DNA of 64,000 nucleotides from Lama glama (taxonomy: Eukaryota). Of the stretch, positions 49,451 to 62,169 are shown piece by piece. The stretch covers positions 15,316,001-15,380,000 of the forward strand of contig CM052818.1 of the NCBI GenBank assembly GCA_028534125.1, read 5' to 3'. How positions within the stretch are numbered: the first letter of the stretch is position 1; each line of letters begins with the position of its first letter. A program made the translations under genes and the position numbers. The notes under the pieces were generated by a model. That model was not told the origin of the DNA and did not search any database. It saw only the letters and a program-made list of their open reading frames with translations.

Positions 49451-52400
49451 TAGGGTCAAATATCTTTTGTGTGTCTGTATATACATTTACATGTATATAT
49501 TTTTACAGAAGTTAAACCTCACTTTATGGGTATAGTCCTTTTATTACAGATTTCTCTAGTGTGTGTTTTAATCAATACATGCTCATTTCTACTAGAAAAA
49601 ATGCCCAGAAACCTGTTTCCATGGAAGCAGTAGATGTAAAAAAAAATCATCTTGTGGAAAAAGATAACACTTTGATTAGTTTTGCCCAGTTATCCACCTT
49701 CTGCTGTTTTTTAGAATCTTGTCCTGGGTGCTGAGCCCCTGGGACATGCAGATCAGTTTCTAGGGAAATGCCTCTGTAGATTTCTTCTTGAGACCTGTCT
49801 TCAGCCTTCTGACAGAGAGCGCTCCCCAGATACCTCCCTTCTTCAACAGTGTTTCTTGCACTGTCAAGGACAGCGTTCTTCGTGTGTGTGTGTTTTTATG
49901 GAGAGAGCTGATAATGCACTTATTACTGTAATAGTGAAATTACTTAATCAGCCCTTCATAGATCAATGCAAAATTTTCACTGAAATTTAAGAGCTGATTT
50001 TGATGAGTATAAGATTTTACAACACTTCTCCCCAATATCAGGTTTCTTTTCACTGACATTTTAATACCTGGGGCTTTATTTCTAAACATCTTTTTGGCAG
50101 CTATGAGATGCTCAGTTTAATATGTACCAATGAAAATTGAAAAAAAAAAAAAGAGGAGGGGATATTGAGGTTTGAAAGAGCAAAAGGAAGGAAGTGTCTG
50201 ACAGAGCAGATGTAAGGTTTTTGTAAGGAAGTCTTGGAAGTGGTAAAGATCCTGAAAGGAGGGAATAGAGATCAGACCTCAAGCCTGTGATCCTGTAGCT
50301 GCTGGAAGAGAGGGCTCCAGCTGCATTCTAAGGTGGTTCCACTGAGAAATAGTCACAGGCAGGGTCAACTATTTTGACACGGTTTTTAAAAAACCAAATC
50401 CAGAAAGCATTGAACTTTGGATAGATAAGTAGGAGCAGAAAGAAGGGGGTATGACATTCAGTGAAACTAAATTAATTGTAAACATGTAATTAAAATGTGA
50501 CAAAAGCAAATCCTGGTTAACTTTTACAGGGCAAAGAATGGCAAACGGAAGTTTATCGTGCGTTCCCCACATTTCTGTTTTAAAAGGTATACAGAGTCAT
50601 TCATTTGGATGGTAGTATTGTTTATTTTAGAGAAGAGAAAAGTACACATGAAGGTTTTCATAATTTCATTTGGGATCTCGTTCCTCACCTCTGTATCCCC
50701 CAAGACATCTTTCATTTTTAAACTGCCAGTTTTCTACCACAGAAACTCTCAGGACCCCAACTCTTAGGTTTGGGAATAATTATCAATATAGTTCATTAAA
50801 GTAGTCACAAAATTAAAAATGGATCATACTCTAAAAATTCAGGTAATAGCCAGATGTATGTTTGGAAATAAGCATAGGTGTGTGTGAATTAAGATGGCAA
50901 ATTGAGCCCCTGGTCAGCCTGAAAATGCTCATTCAGTATCCACTGAGCAAATAGGACACATTTTATTTGGAATCAGAAGGAAGAGGAAGAAGAGAAAAGT
51001 GATTTCCTGATCCCATCACAGGTCCCTGGGGAACTTGTGAAACAGGGGTTTTCCCAAATATCCTTCCACCTTCCTTCTGTACCCCTTTCCCGTTTCCTAA
51101 TATTGCTCATCCCAGATGCCCTGATCTTAACACTGATAATTGCCTTACCTTCCTCATCCTCTTGAAGGCTGCCTCACTGCTCACCGAGAGCAATACATGA
51201 TGGTCCAGAATTAGCTGCTTCTTTTCCTGTTCCTCTTCCTCCTCCTTTCACAGAACTTAACTTACATTTGCAAGTCAGTTGGGGTGGACAGTAAAGGCTC
51301 AACTCTTTCAGACGGGTTTCTATTACAAAAAGAAGGTGTTTCATAACTCAAATGCATGTCCATTTAGTGGAAGTTGAGACCAATAAATTAAATGAGAGAA
51401 TGAATACACGTAAAATACCGAGCATAGTGCCCGGAACTTCCTAAATGTTAATTCTCATCCAATCCCTAGTATTAAGTCAAGCAAAATGAAAAGTAAAAGA
51501 ACTGTCATATGGAGAAGATACTACGATTCATGGGGGTGTTGTCATATTTGAACCCTGCGAGGAGCACAGAATCAGGGTGGAGGAAATGGCTGTGCGGGGG
51601 AGAGGGTAGGGCTCGGGTAATCTGAATATAGTAATTTTAGATTTCTTTACACAGTGGCATTCATAATCCTTACTTGTTTCTATTTTCCTTGAAGAAATAG
51701 AGCCAACATAACCATTTTCATGTTTCTGACAAAATGGTAGTGGTGTTTGTTTTTGGAACGTTATGCTAGAATGTTAGTTGGGGTTTCTACAGCCCTGGTA
51801 TTCTTCCACATTTTACTTATGCCTTGAAGTTTACTACAAGCTTTAAACTTCTTCCTACCCTTGTTGGAACCCATAGAAGTTTCAGTTCCATGCTCTGGTG
51901 GTCTTTGGTGGGTTTAAATGGAGGGAGTCATTTTTTTGAGTTCTGTCTAAGGTGGAAATATCTCACATAGTTTGCTTTCATGGTTTCGTTTTCTTACGCA
52001 CATGTTAAAAATCTCTGAATACCCGGGAAGAGTGTCACGTGTAAATTTAGACCCAATTTATGAAAAATATGTAAATTGAGGGGAAGCGGTGATGTATATA
52101 TTCTCATGCTAGGCACTATCTATGATGTTGTTTGGTCATGATTCTACCTTTTGATTTCTTCAGAGGATACGCCAATGTCTCTAGATAAGTTGCATTTTCT
52201 TCTCTACAGGTTTCTTTTATGGATCTTAAGATGCTTTAAATGTATTATTAATAAGTAGCACAATTCAATATTTATGTGTTCTCCACATTTACAAGTCAGA
52301 GTGCATATTCTTTCTATTTTCAGTTTCATAGGAAACAGTTTTAATTTTTCCACTTGACTTATCCTTTTTCAATTGCCCATTGAAAGTCTGGCAATTCTAT

Positions 52401-54744
52401 TAGGCTTCATTCAGTTTTCTATTATAAATTTCACTTTTCTTCAAAACCCTTCCTCCAAAGTCCATCATTTCTCATGTTATTGCTCTTTCTGTAGACACTC
52501 ATCAATATTTGAAAGCTTCTATTTTATGATTTTTAGCCGCCGAAGTCCTCAAACTTAGATATCACACCTGGTCCATCTCTAGTTATAATTGCATCTGACC
52601 CTTCTGACTTTTCAACAGCCTAGATAAGGAGGGATCTTGTATTAGTTTCTTAAGAACCGCTTTACTTTGTTTTCTTCTTATTAATAAAGAGACATTTCCA
52701 AAGCGCATACTCATTTCTTGTGGAATTTCAAATGAGGAAGCACTTTTTAGAATGCTGGGTGATTTTTGATAGCACGTATAATGAACATCTGGAGGTTAAT
52801 GTGGTTAACTTAAAACACTGTTCAGCAGATTAATATCTTGTTTTTATCCTTTGGTGGTGATGGTGATGGTGGGGGGAATTATACTTTTTTCATGTTTTAA
52901 AGTTACATTAATTTCTGAACAGCAGTTTTATTTTTTTCCTGAAAGGTTTTAATATAGTTATTAATGTAGAATCATTATAGTAACCATAGGAGAATGCTCT
53001 TCTTTTTTGTTGTTATTCTTTCTTCTGTTTATTTAGAAATAATGGTTTCCTAGGGTTAAACCTCCTAATACAGCAGACAATGAAATACCCTCACTATCTC
53101 TTCTCTGTTTACTAAGTTATCTGTTAATGACAGTCTTTACAAAGCTTGACACAATGTTTTCTCTCTCCGTTAGTTGGGAAAATAGACACCTCACCTGGCC
53201 AAAAGAAGAACAGTCGTCTTAAATTCAGAAGTCGGTCACTATTTGAATTTGAAGCATAGAATGTTCTCTAAATTTCTAAGATGAAAATGACTCTAAATGA
53301 GTCAATCAGAAGCTTGATTAGGGACTAAGTATATGATGTTAATATGAGTTTAGAACCTATGACAACTACGTTATGCTTCAAGGTGTCAAAAAAGAGGGCT
53401 CACCATTTACTGAGGTTCTTTGGTTTTCATATGATCTGTAGTGAAACAGTAAGTGTCTAGAAAAGGTGGGATATCTACAGAAGATGGACTGTGTGCCCAT
53501 AGCTGCAGTCTTGTGCTGAATGCTTTGAAGACAGCATGTAGGAAAGCCTTTATTGGTAATATCACTGAAGAAGATATTGGGGCAATGTATCAACACATCT
53601 GTTCTGTCTCACTTTATTTAAAGGACATCCTCATTAACTATTCAGATTAAACAATCCTGTGCATTCCTCTTATTACCATTGGAATTCCTTACTATTGGAG
53701 TTCTGAAGAACACTTTGTTCACACACAGCATTTTTAATGGCAGTCTAAATTGGTTTTTATCATTTGTTTAGATTCTACTGATTAAGGAAATTGTAGAACG
53801 TCAAAAAAAAAGATGAAGTTCTATCTTTTCCCATTAAAGATGTATTTTATGAAGAGCAGAGGAAATAGACATGATTAAGCACATTTCATGCCTTTAGATC
53901 CTTTTTCTATAATAACATAAATAACTATATATTTTTGTTCTCATGGTAGTCAAATCTGATGCTTACTATATCGTCTGAGTAAATTCATGGTGATGTCATT
54001 TATTAATTTTTAAGTGCTTTGTGAGAAAAATTCCCCTATTAGCAGAGTCAACCAGCTCTTTTACCAAATAAGAATGAGGCTAACATGAAGCAAAACCAAG
54101 TTTTTAAAATTCCAGATCTACATTCTACAGGGTTGTGGTGAAATCACATGACTTTACAGAGATAACCACAGGATGATGACTAACTGAAATGAACTTAATT
54201 TCCACTTAACATTTCTCTTCTAATTGTTTAACACTTCATTAGTGATGTTCTTCACAAATAGCAGGGTTTTGAGAGAACAGTGCATAGCTCAATATAGATT
54301 AGTTACGGAAATTTTTCAGCCAAAGTGTTTCTGAAATATTTGGAAACAGAAAATATTGTAAGAGAATCAGTGTGAAGTTGGAAAGTATCAATAAATAACA
54401 AAGGCAACAAATTAATAGTGAAATTAGAAAATTGTTTAGATAGAAGTGAATTTACTAAAATATAAAATTAACCATTTTCTGTTTTAATGTTTGAAAGTCA
54501 GAACATTTTGCCTGCTTTGTTTTAGTATTTTCAAGGAAAAATTGGACTTTGTCGTTAACATAGTGGCACCATTTTCAAGATTAATGGAGTTTCAGTTTTT
54601 GAGAGACTGCCAATTACTGGGATCTGGAAGGACTTCAAATGGGCATGGCTCTTTTGTGATGTATTTTTAAAGTCCCTGAATTTACAGTCACCTGAGCTTC
54701 TGTCTTGAGTACTTTCTGAATACCTTGTAGTTGTCAAGGCAGAT

Positions 54745-56117
54745 TTTTCAAAATTTAAGTATAGTTGATTTACAATGTTTCATTAGTTTCAGGTATACAG
54801 CAACCTGATTTGGTTATACATATATATGTATACATCTATATTCTTCTTTGGATTCTTTTCCATTATAGTTTATTGTAAGATATTGAATATAGTTCCCCGT
54901 GCTATACAGTAGATCCTTGTTTATTTCACTTACGGTAGTGTGCATCTGTTAATCCCATACTCCCAGTTTATCCCTCCCCCTCCTTTTCCTTTGGTAATCA
55001 GAAGTTTGTTTCCTACGTCTTTGAGTCTGATTTTGTTTTGCAAATAAGTTCATTTGTATCATTTTTTAGTATTCCACATATAAGAGATATCATATGATAG
55101 TTGTCTTTCTCTGTCTTACTTCACTTAGTATGATGATCTCTAGGTTCATCCATGTTGCTTTAGATGGCATTATTTCATTCTTTTCTATGGCTGAGTGATA
55201 ATTCCATTGTATATATTTACCACATGTTTTTTTAACCAGTCATCTGTCAGTGGATATTTAGATTGTTTCCATGTTTTGGCTACTGTGAATAGTGCCACTA
55301 TGAACACTGAGGTGCATGTATCTTTTTTCTAATTAGAGCTCTTGTCTTTTCTGGATACCTGCCCTGGAGTGGGATTGCTGGATCATAAGGTAACTCTATT
55401 TTTACTTTTTAAAGGAACTTCCATACTGTGTTCCATAGTGGCTGCATCAAATTACATTCCCACCAGCAGTGTGGGAGGAGTCTCTTCTCTCCACATCGTC
55501 TCTAGCGTTGATTATTTGTAGACTTTTTAATGATGGCCATTCTAACTGGTATGAGGTGATACCTCACTTGATTTGCATTTCTCTAATAATTAGCCATGTT
55601 GAGCATCTTTTCATCTGCCTATTGGCCAACTGTATGTCTTTGAGAAAATGTCTATTTAGATCTTCTGCCCATTTTTTGATTGGCTTGTTTAGTTTCTTAT
55701 TATTGAGTTACGTGAGCTTTTTGTATATTTTGGAAATTAAGCCCTTTGTCGGTAGCATCATTTGCAAATATTTTCTCCAAGTCTATAGGTTGTCTTTTCA
55801 TTTTGTTTATGATTTCCTTTGCTGTGTAAAAGATAATGTTTGGTTAGGCCCCATTTGTTTATTTTTGCTTTTATTTCTATTGCCTTGGGAGATTGACCTA
55901 AGAAATCATTTGCGATTTACATCAGAGAATGTTTTGACTCTGTTCTCTTCTAGGAGTGTTATGGTGTCATGTCTTATATTTGAGTCCTTAAGGCATTTGA
56001 ATTTATTTTGTGTATGATGTGAGGGAGTGTTCTAACTTTGTTCATTTACATGCAGCTGTCCAGCTTTCCCATCACCACTTTCTGAAGAGACAGTCTTTTC
56101 TCCATTGTATATTCTTG
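54745..56117 (-). mobile_element. Cetartiodactyl-type L1 3' end (ORF2 C-terminus and 3'UTR), 5'-truncated
   Basis: AAGTATAGTTGATTTACAATGTT...TTCTTTTCCATTATAG...GATATTGAATATAGTTCCCCGTGCTATACAGTAG, followed by antisense ORF2 zinc-knuckle region sequence. Confidence 0.95.
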
Positions 56118-56334
56118 TCAGAGTTTATTTTATATCTTCAAATCTTGCCTTGAATATAGTAGGTCTGGATCTTTGCGTTAGATAATTGGTTCTTGTAATC
56201 TTGACAGATGTCTGGAAGAAGAGAATTCCTTAAGGTCAGGATTAGGCCAAGAAAACTTCTTACCCTTCCATAATCTTTAAACTTGTAGACGAGATGGGTA
56301 AGACTTATTTGTGAATATATCATTAATGGAATAT

Positions 56335-56525
56335 GTCATTTACTGGGCACTTGATGTGCCCATTTAGCTTCTCCAATAACACTGTGAAGTAAATATTTTA
56401 TAGAGGAGCAGATGTTCAGAGTGGTTGAGTGCATTCTTCATGGTTTCACAGCTAGAAAGTAGCAGAATCGGGATCAAATCCAGATTGAACTGAGTCCAAG
56501 GCCTGGTTGCATTTCCATGCTACCT
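56335..56525 (-). mobile_element. MIR SINE
   Basis: CATTTACTGGGCACTT...ATAACACTGTGAAGTA...ATAGAGGAG...TCAGAGTGGTTGAGT...CACAGCTAG. Confidence 0.75.
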
Positions 56526-57280
56526 CCATTTGCGAAGTGAGGAGGTATTCAAATTAGAATAGTAAATGCCGGTGGGGGGAGGTAATGATGCATATTATCA
56601 CAATGAAACAAGCTAGCTTCCCTGTGAATGTGTGTACACCATCAAAGATACCGTTAAATTCAAGCATGGTTTGTATTTACTCGTGAAGAAGAGCCTTAGA
56701 AACCAACACATCTGCCAACCAGGCTTTGGTCCATGAGTCGATGCCCATTTCATTCTGAGGCAGGGACAGATACCATAATGTGACAGTCTGACACCCAGCT
56801 TGTGTTTCATTCTAGAAAATGTGGCCTAATTTGTCTAATTTGCCTAATACTTCCCGACTTATTCCTGTAAACTGATTTTAGACTTGACAGTTAATACAGA
56901 CACCAATGCTTTGAAAATGTCACTGAGAGTGCTTTTCCTCATACTCTTCATTCGCCGAAAGGTTTATTATTCTAATCGTGCAATTGCACAATAGAAAATC
57001 TCCTACAGAGATGGATAGAACTGTTTAGACATAGATATGCTATTTTTTTTTTAAATAGACAGGAACCAAGACAGCTCCAGAGAAGAAGCTGACTCATGGG
57101 GTCACCTCCTAGGAAGTGTATAGGCAGCATCTAGCCCTGTTGCACAGACTGAGAGCTCAGTCCAGTGTGTTGATGCTGGTTCTGCCTTGAAACTGGTGCC
57201 TGTGCTGGGAGACGAGCCTTGTTGCTCAGACAGCCATTCAGTGAATTCAGTTCGTGTCTCACTCTACTGGTCTTCCTTAG

Positions 57281-57474
57281 TTTCATTCTCCGCTGGGAGA
57301 GAATGCAGATATGGGCACTTTGGTAGCTTCACCAAAGTGTCTGGCAGGAGAAATTTCCATCCCTAGACTGAGGAAGAAGGTCAAGAGGACAACGGTCGGT
57401 TATGTTCAGAAGCGATTAATGGCTACACACTTGTTTTTGTGGGGAACAGGTTCCATCACTGAATGCACAGCAAG
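57281..57474 (+). other. Candidate 194-nt exon
   Basis: Acceptor GGTCTTCCTTAG| and consensus donor AAG|GTAAGT. One frame is open throughout (FHSPLGENADMGTLVASPKC...ITECTA), but I do not recognise the peptide. Confidence 0.25.
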
Positions 57475-58074
57475 GTAAGTGGGTGAGCAAAGCCTCTGTC
57501 CTCTCATGTATATCTGATAAGAATTTAGACATTAAGTGTCTTCTATAATACAGAAGGATTTTCAAGTAACAAATTCAAATTTTCTGTGAGTGTTGATTAG
57601 CTTAGACCCTGCCTGTGCAGAATGCTTGCAGTTTTAGTTTTATTCCAACTAATAAAAGTTTAAAACCAAAAGAATAAATTATTTTTGTTAATGTAACAGA
57701 ATTTTTAGAGGCACAGGCATTTTCCCGTGTATTATATATGGATAGTGTCTTCCACTCATAAAGAGTGAGTTTGTTGTCATGGATGAAATGCAGGTCATTC
57801 TCTAAATTTTCTCTTTTAAAATACTTCTAAGAGAATCATTATGAAATTAGTTCCTGGGTAGTTTCAGTTTCTTATACCCCGAAAACTCTAGATGGCTCCA
57901 GAGCAGATAGTGCACACCTTTGCGTGGGCTGATTCGTGCTTCCACTTGCACTGTGGTGGAGATGGGTAGGGGCTGCCAGTCTCTGTGAAGAAAGGTGCAC
58001 AGCTGACCTTCTTCACTCTAGTCCCTGCATGCAACTCACCTCTTTGCTCATAAATTACAGAATGGGGAGGATGC

Positions 58075-58460
58075 TTATATTAGAAAATATGATACTAGTT
58101 TAGTTGTGATGCAGGAACAATCTAAATGCTCAGAGGATGGACGCAGTAGAAGTTTACTTCTCAGGAATTTTATTCCTGCAGGGCTGTTAGGAGGCCCAGC
58201 CCCACCATATAGTGGCCTAGGCTTCAACACTCTCTAGCTGTCCCATCTAGAACCTTCTGCCTACCTAGTTTGTTAGTCCCCATAGTGGGGAAGGAGAGAA
58301 CTGTAGGATTTCACGTGGATTTTCATTGCCTTGGACTGGAAGCAGCACATGTCAATGTCATCACCACTTCACTGGCAGAAGTAGTTGCATGACTTCATCT
58401 AATTGCAAGGAGACTAGGAAATGTAGGGGATGACGGGGGAACAATGCAATATTTAGTAAC
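58075..58460 (-). mobile_element. Old MaLR LTR (MLT1J-like)
   Basis: TAGAAGTTTACTTCTC...CTGGAAGCAGCACA...CACTGGCAGAAGTAGTTGCATGAC...TGCAAGGGAGACTAGGAAATGTAG. Confidence 0.7.
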
Positions 58461-59162
58461 TAAGTCAGCCGTAAAATTGTCTAAGCGTCAACAACAGGAG
58501 AATGTCTTTAAAGACATGGATGAGAGACTGCAGATAGTTTGAGGTAGATAAGAACTGGAGTGTTAGTATTTTGTAAGGTTGCTGTTAAGATGGTATTGCT
58601 ATTATAACATGCTATTACAGCATCTGGAAATTTTGTTGGAGGATTAATTATAAACTTACAGGTTTAAATCCCTAGAAATGGAGCTGTTATACACATTACA
58701 GAAAAGATGTTCCATCTTTTATAATATAAATTCCTGTGTTTTTCTTAAGGGGAGGGCCTGTACATATTTTGATTTCCTTATAATGAAAATGGGTCTCAAG
58801 ATCTCATCATTATTTATATTCATTTTAATCTATTTACATTTAAATCGTCCCACTTTGAGTATCAATGTATAATTTTATCTATAGAGGCACTTATCATTAC
58901 TGCTGTAATTTCATTAATTCTTCAGATTATGAAATAATTAACATTGGTCATTTACTTTTCAAATTTTTCTGTTCACCACTATGTCACAAGCTGAAAGTGC
59001 TTTAAGAAAACCGAAACCCAAGTTATCAGGTGACTTGTCCAATGTTAAATAATTGTCAACTTTGTAACAACAGACACTCTTCTAGCAGTTAATGGACGGG
59101 AACTGGCGGGTACAGACATAAGTAAGGAATAGTCCTGATCCTTGAGGATTCTGTTTTATGGC

Positions 59163-59347
59163 TGTGGCTCCCAAACTTTGTTGTTTATAATAATCCTTTG
59201 GGCTTGTTTGTTAGAAATGTAGTTTCACAGGCTTTCTGCAGGAATTTGGACTCAGGGTCTGAGGGGTGGAAAAGGCACCAACATTTGGACAAGCACGTTC
59301 CACATGACTCTGGTGCAAGTGACCCACAGACATTTGGTTAAATGCTG
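59163..59347. mobile_element. MER5A/B-like hAT-Charlie MITE
   Basis: GTGGCTCCCAAACTTTG...TTGTTAGAAATGTAG...GGTCTGAGGGGTGG...ACAAGCAC...TGACTCTGGTGCA. Confidence 0.7.
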
Positions 59348-59464
59348 ACTTATGTCATAGATCGCACACACCTGTCCTCTCTCCCTTCCTCCTCCTCTCT
59401 CCTTCTGTTCTCTTCTACTGAGGGGAAAACTCGGAGGGATTTATCACATAGAAACATTTATTTC

Positions 59465-60015
59465 TGTATCAGGGCTCCTAGCCGCAAACAATAAAAATGA
59501 ACTCTGGCTGTTGGAGGCAGAAAGGGAATTTATTAAGGAGAATTAGATAGCTCAGGGCACCCCCGGGAGGGCTAGAGAACTAGGCAGAGAGGTATGCAAC
59601 CAGGAACAATGCCTAAAGTCCACCTCAGAGCAGCTGCAGAGGAGAAACCATCGTTGCATGCCTGGGCAGAGATGCTGCAGCTTATCCAGACCCCCCAGCT
59701 CGGAGCACTACGTGCTGCCACCAGGAGCTCTGCTCCAGCTGCCCCAGCTGTGTCCAGAAACTGCATGTAGCTGCCGTAGCTCTCACTAGGAAGCGTTACA
59801 TACGGGGCCTGCTATACTGGGTCAACTCAGAGACCAGCTCAACTTACTTGATTGGCAGAGCTTGGTCACAGTCTACACCCAGCTCCAAGACAGGCTGGGA
59901 AAGAAATATCTGGCTTCTGTAGTGGGAGGTGTTCTCTGTCTCCCACCAAGAGCCATGGGATGATGGTCCTCAAAGGTACCATGTTGTCCAAAAGAACAAT
60001 GTAAGATCGGCACCA
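59465..60015 (-). mobile_element. Old MaLR LTR (MLT1L/M/N-like)
   Basis: TGTATCAGGG...GCAAACAA...ACTCTGGCT...AAAGGGAATTTATTAA...GATTGGCAGAGCTTGGTCAC...GGCTGGGAAAG. Confidence 0.7.
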
Positions 60016-60401
60016 CGTTTATCACATCTGAATTTGGGAACATATACAGGTTTCCTGTCTTGCTTTGCTGATTGTTAATTTACAGTGTTGAGGTAATTAA
60101 TGGTCCTGGGGCTGAAAGCCAGTTTTTCTTATATGTAAGTTTCAGCATATAATTTATAAAGTACCATTTTAAAAGTAATATTTAGTTTCATATCCTTCTG
60201 ACTTAGGAATATTTCATTGAAAGACTAATATTCATATTGGTTGAAAAAAATTCTCTCTTCCACTTCAGAGAAAATTTAGTGAAGAAAGGAAAACTTTTTT
60301 GAGAATTTTGTGGGAGAAATTAGTGTGAAACAGGAGAAAAAAAATTTCTTCTTCCAGAGAAAAAATACTGTTGAGACACAAAAGGTTTTCTATTGTGAAA
60401 T

Positions 60402-60901
60402 NNNNNNNNNNNNNNNNNNNNNNNNNNNNNNNNNNNNNNNNNNNNNNNNNNNNNNNNNNNNNNNNNNNNNNNNNNNNNNNNNNNNNNNNNNNNNNNNNNN
60501 NNNNNNNNNNNNNNNNNNNNNNNNNNNNNNNNNNNNNNNNNNNNNNNNNNNNNNNNNNNNNNNNNNNNNNNNNNNNNNNNNNNNNNNNNNNNNNNNNNNN
60601 NNNNNNNNNNNNNNNNNNNNNNNNNNNNNNNNNNNNNNNNNNNNNNNNNNNNNNNNNNNNNNNNNNNNNNNNNNNNNNNNNNNNNNNNNNNNNNNNNNNN
60701 NNNNNNNNNNNNNNNNNNNNNNNNNNNNNNNNNNNNNNNNNNNNNNNNNNNNNNNNNNNNNNNNNNNNNNNNNNNNNNNNNNNNNNNNNNNNNNNNNNNN
60801 NNNNNNNNNNNNNNNNNNNNNNNNNNNNNNNNNNNNNNNNNNNNNNNNNNNNNNNNNNNNNNNNNNNNNNNNNNNNNNNNNNNNNNNNNNNNNNNNNNNN
60901 N
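60402..60901. other. Assembly gap (500 N)
   Basis: Run of exactly 500 N. Confidence 1.
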
Positions 60902-61500
60902 TATTTTTGTATTAATTCTTAAATAATTTTTCTCTTTCATTTTCTCCATCTCTTTCTTGATTTCCTGTTGGAATGAAATGTTTGATGCTGAGGCCATGTG
61001 GATTGATTCTCCACTTGCATTTTTTTCTTTTATTCTCCTTCTTGGGATAATTTCTTTGACTTTATTTTCAAACAGTTTATTGTTTTTTTTTTTAACTTAA
61101 TATACTTCCAGTGTATAAGAATTTCCATTTTTTCCCATTGACTCTTCCTTTTTACGTAACTCATTGTTCTTTGGAAAAATATCATCTTGGGATTTCTAAG
61201 GATAATAATTAGAGGTTTTTAAATTTTTCATTCCCTTAAATTATGTTTTCCCTCTTGCACTATTTTTCTTTTCTTTTGAAATCTCTACCTGTGTCTTCCC
61301 TTTGGAGATATTCTTCAAATGTTAGGTGATCTTAGTGTTAAGGTGTCTTTTCATCCATTTAGGATGGGAGTATGGAAAGCTATTTGGGGAGCTGTGTCTG
61401 GGCAGGGTGTGTCCCCTTGAGGCCTCTGCTCTAGGACAGTTGCTCAGAGAACTCTGAAGGCCAGAATTTGAATGTCTTCTCTTTGTGGTTATTCTATGAG
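60902..61500 (-). mobile_element. Ancient L1ME/HAL1 ORF1-region fragment
   Basis: T-rich sequence with TTCTTGGGATAATTTCTTTGACTTTATTTTC and TTCTTCAAATGTTAGGTGATCTT, typical of antisense L1ME/HAL1. Confidence 0.55.
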
Positions 61501-61514
61501 GGGATGGATGACTG

Positions 61515-62163
61515 ACCTGTATGTGCAGTAAGACTTCACCGGAGCCCTCACTCAGAAGGGCCCCACCTTTGGTTTAATGCTCTGTGTTCCCTGCCTTGAA
61601 ATTATCAGTAATTTTATCTTTGAATTTGTGTTTTGTAAGTCAAGTTCAGTGGGACAACAGAGCATGCATGGAGGCTTTAGTTTCAATGTAAGGGGTCCCA
61701 CTCCCTCCCCAGAACCCATTTTCTGAGTCCCAGCTCCATGCCCTCTGGATCCCCAGCTTTCCCCACCCCGTGGTCCAGTGACCCATGGGACATGCCACTC
61801 AGGGTAGTGACTGGGCTGTGTGTGTGAATGTGCATGTGTTGGTGTGTGTGTAATGAGGGTTGGTGGGGGAGAAAGATACTATGTTTCACTGTTGTCTACC
61901 ATCCCCAGGGAGGGCCTGATCATACATGTGGGCAGGGCTGGACTGGGCTGGGGTGCAGCTCCCACAAGGCCACAGTGCCTATGTGGGCAACTCTGTGGGG
62001 TCGACTCGGTGGGGCCTTCTCAGCCACCCAGGTCCAGGAGTCTAGCACATCACAGCTCCGATTTTATAATTTTTGGGGTCATCTGTCCTTTGTGGACCTC
62101 CCCTGCTCCTAGATTTGCATTTGCGATATGCACTGGATCTCCTTAATTACACAGTCAGCCCTG
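61515..62163. mobile_element. MER45C-like hAT-Tip100 element
   Basis: CTCAGAAGGGCCCCACCTTTGGTTTAATGCTCTG...CTTGAAATT...TTTATCTTTGAATTTGTGTTTTGTAAGT...GGGACAA..GAGCATGC; ends TGCACTGG...AATTAC...AGCCCTG. Confidence 0.75.
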
Positions 62164-62169
62164 AGTGTA

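Noticed and set aside
53453..53650. Protein-like 65-aa plus-strand ORF (…LNALKTACRKAFIGNITEED…)
   Set aside because: No convincing flanking splice sites, no recognisable homology, and the length is within chance expectation.
55469..56017. 182-aa hydrophobic plus-strand ORF
   Set aside because: It is the antisense reading of the L1 ORF2 C-terminal region, a common spurious ORF.
60310..60997. ORFs of 183-225 aa in the ORF track
   Set aside because: They span the N gap and are artefacts.
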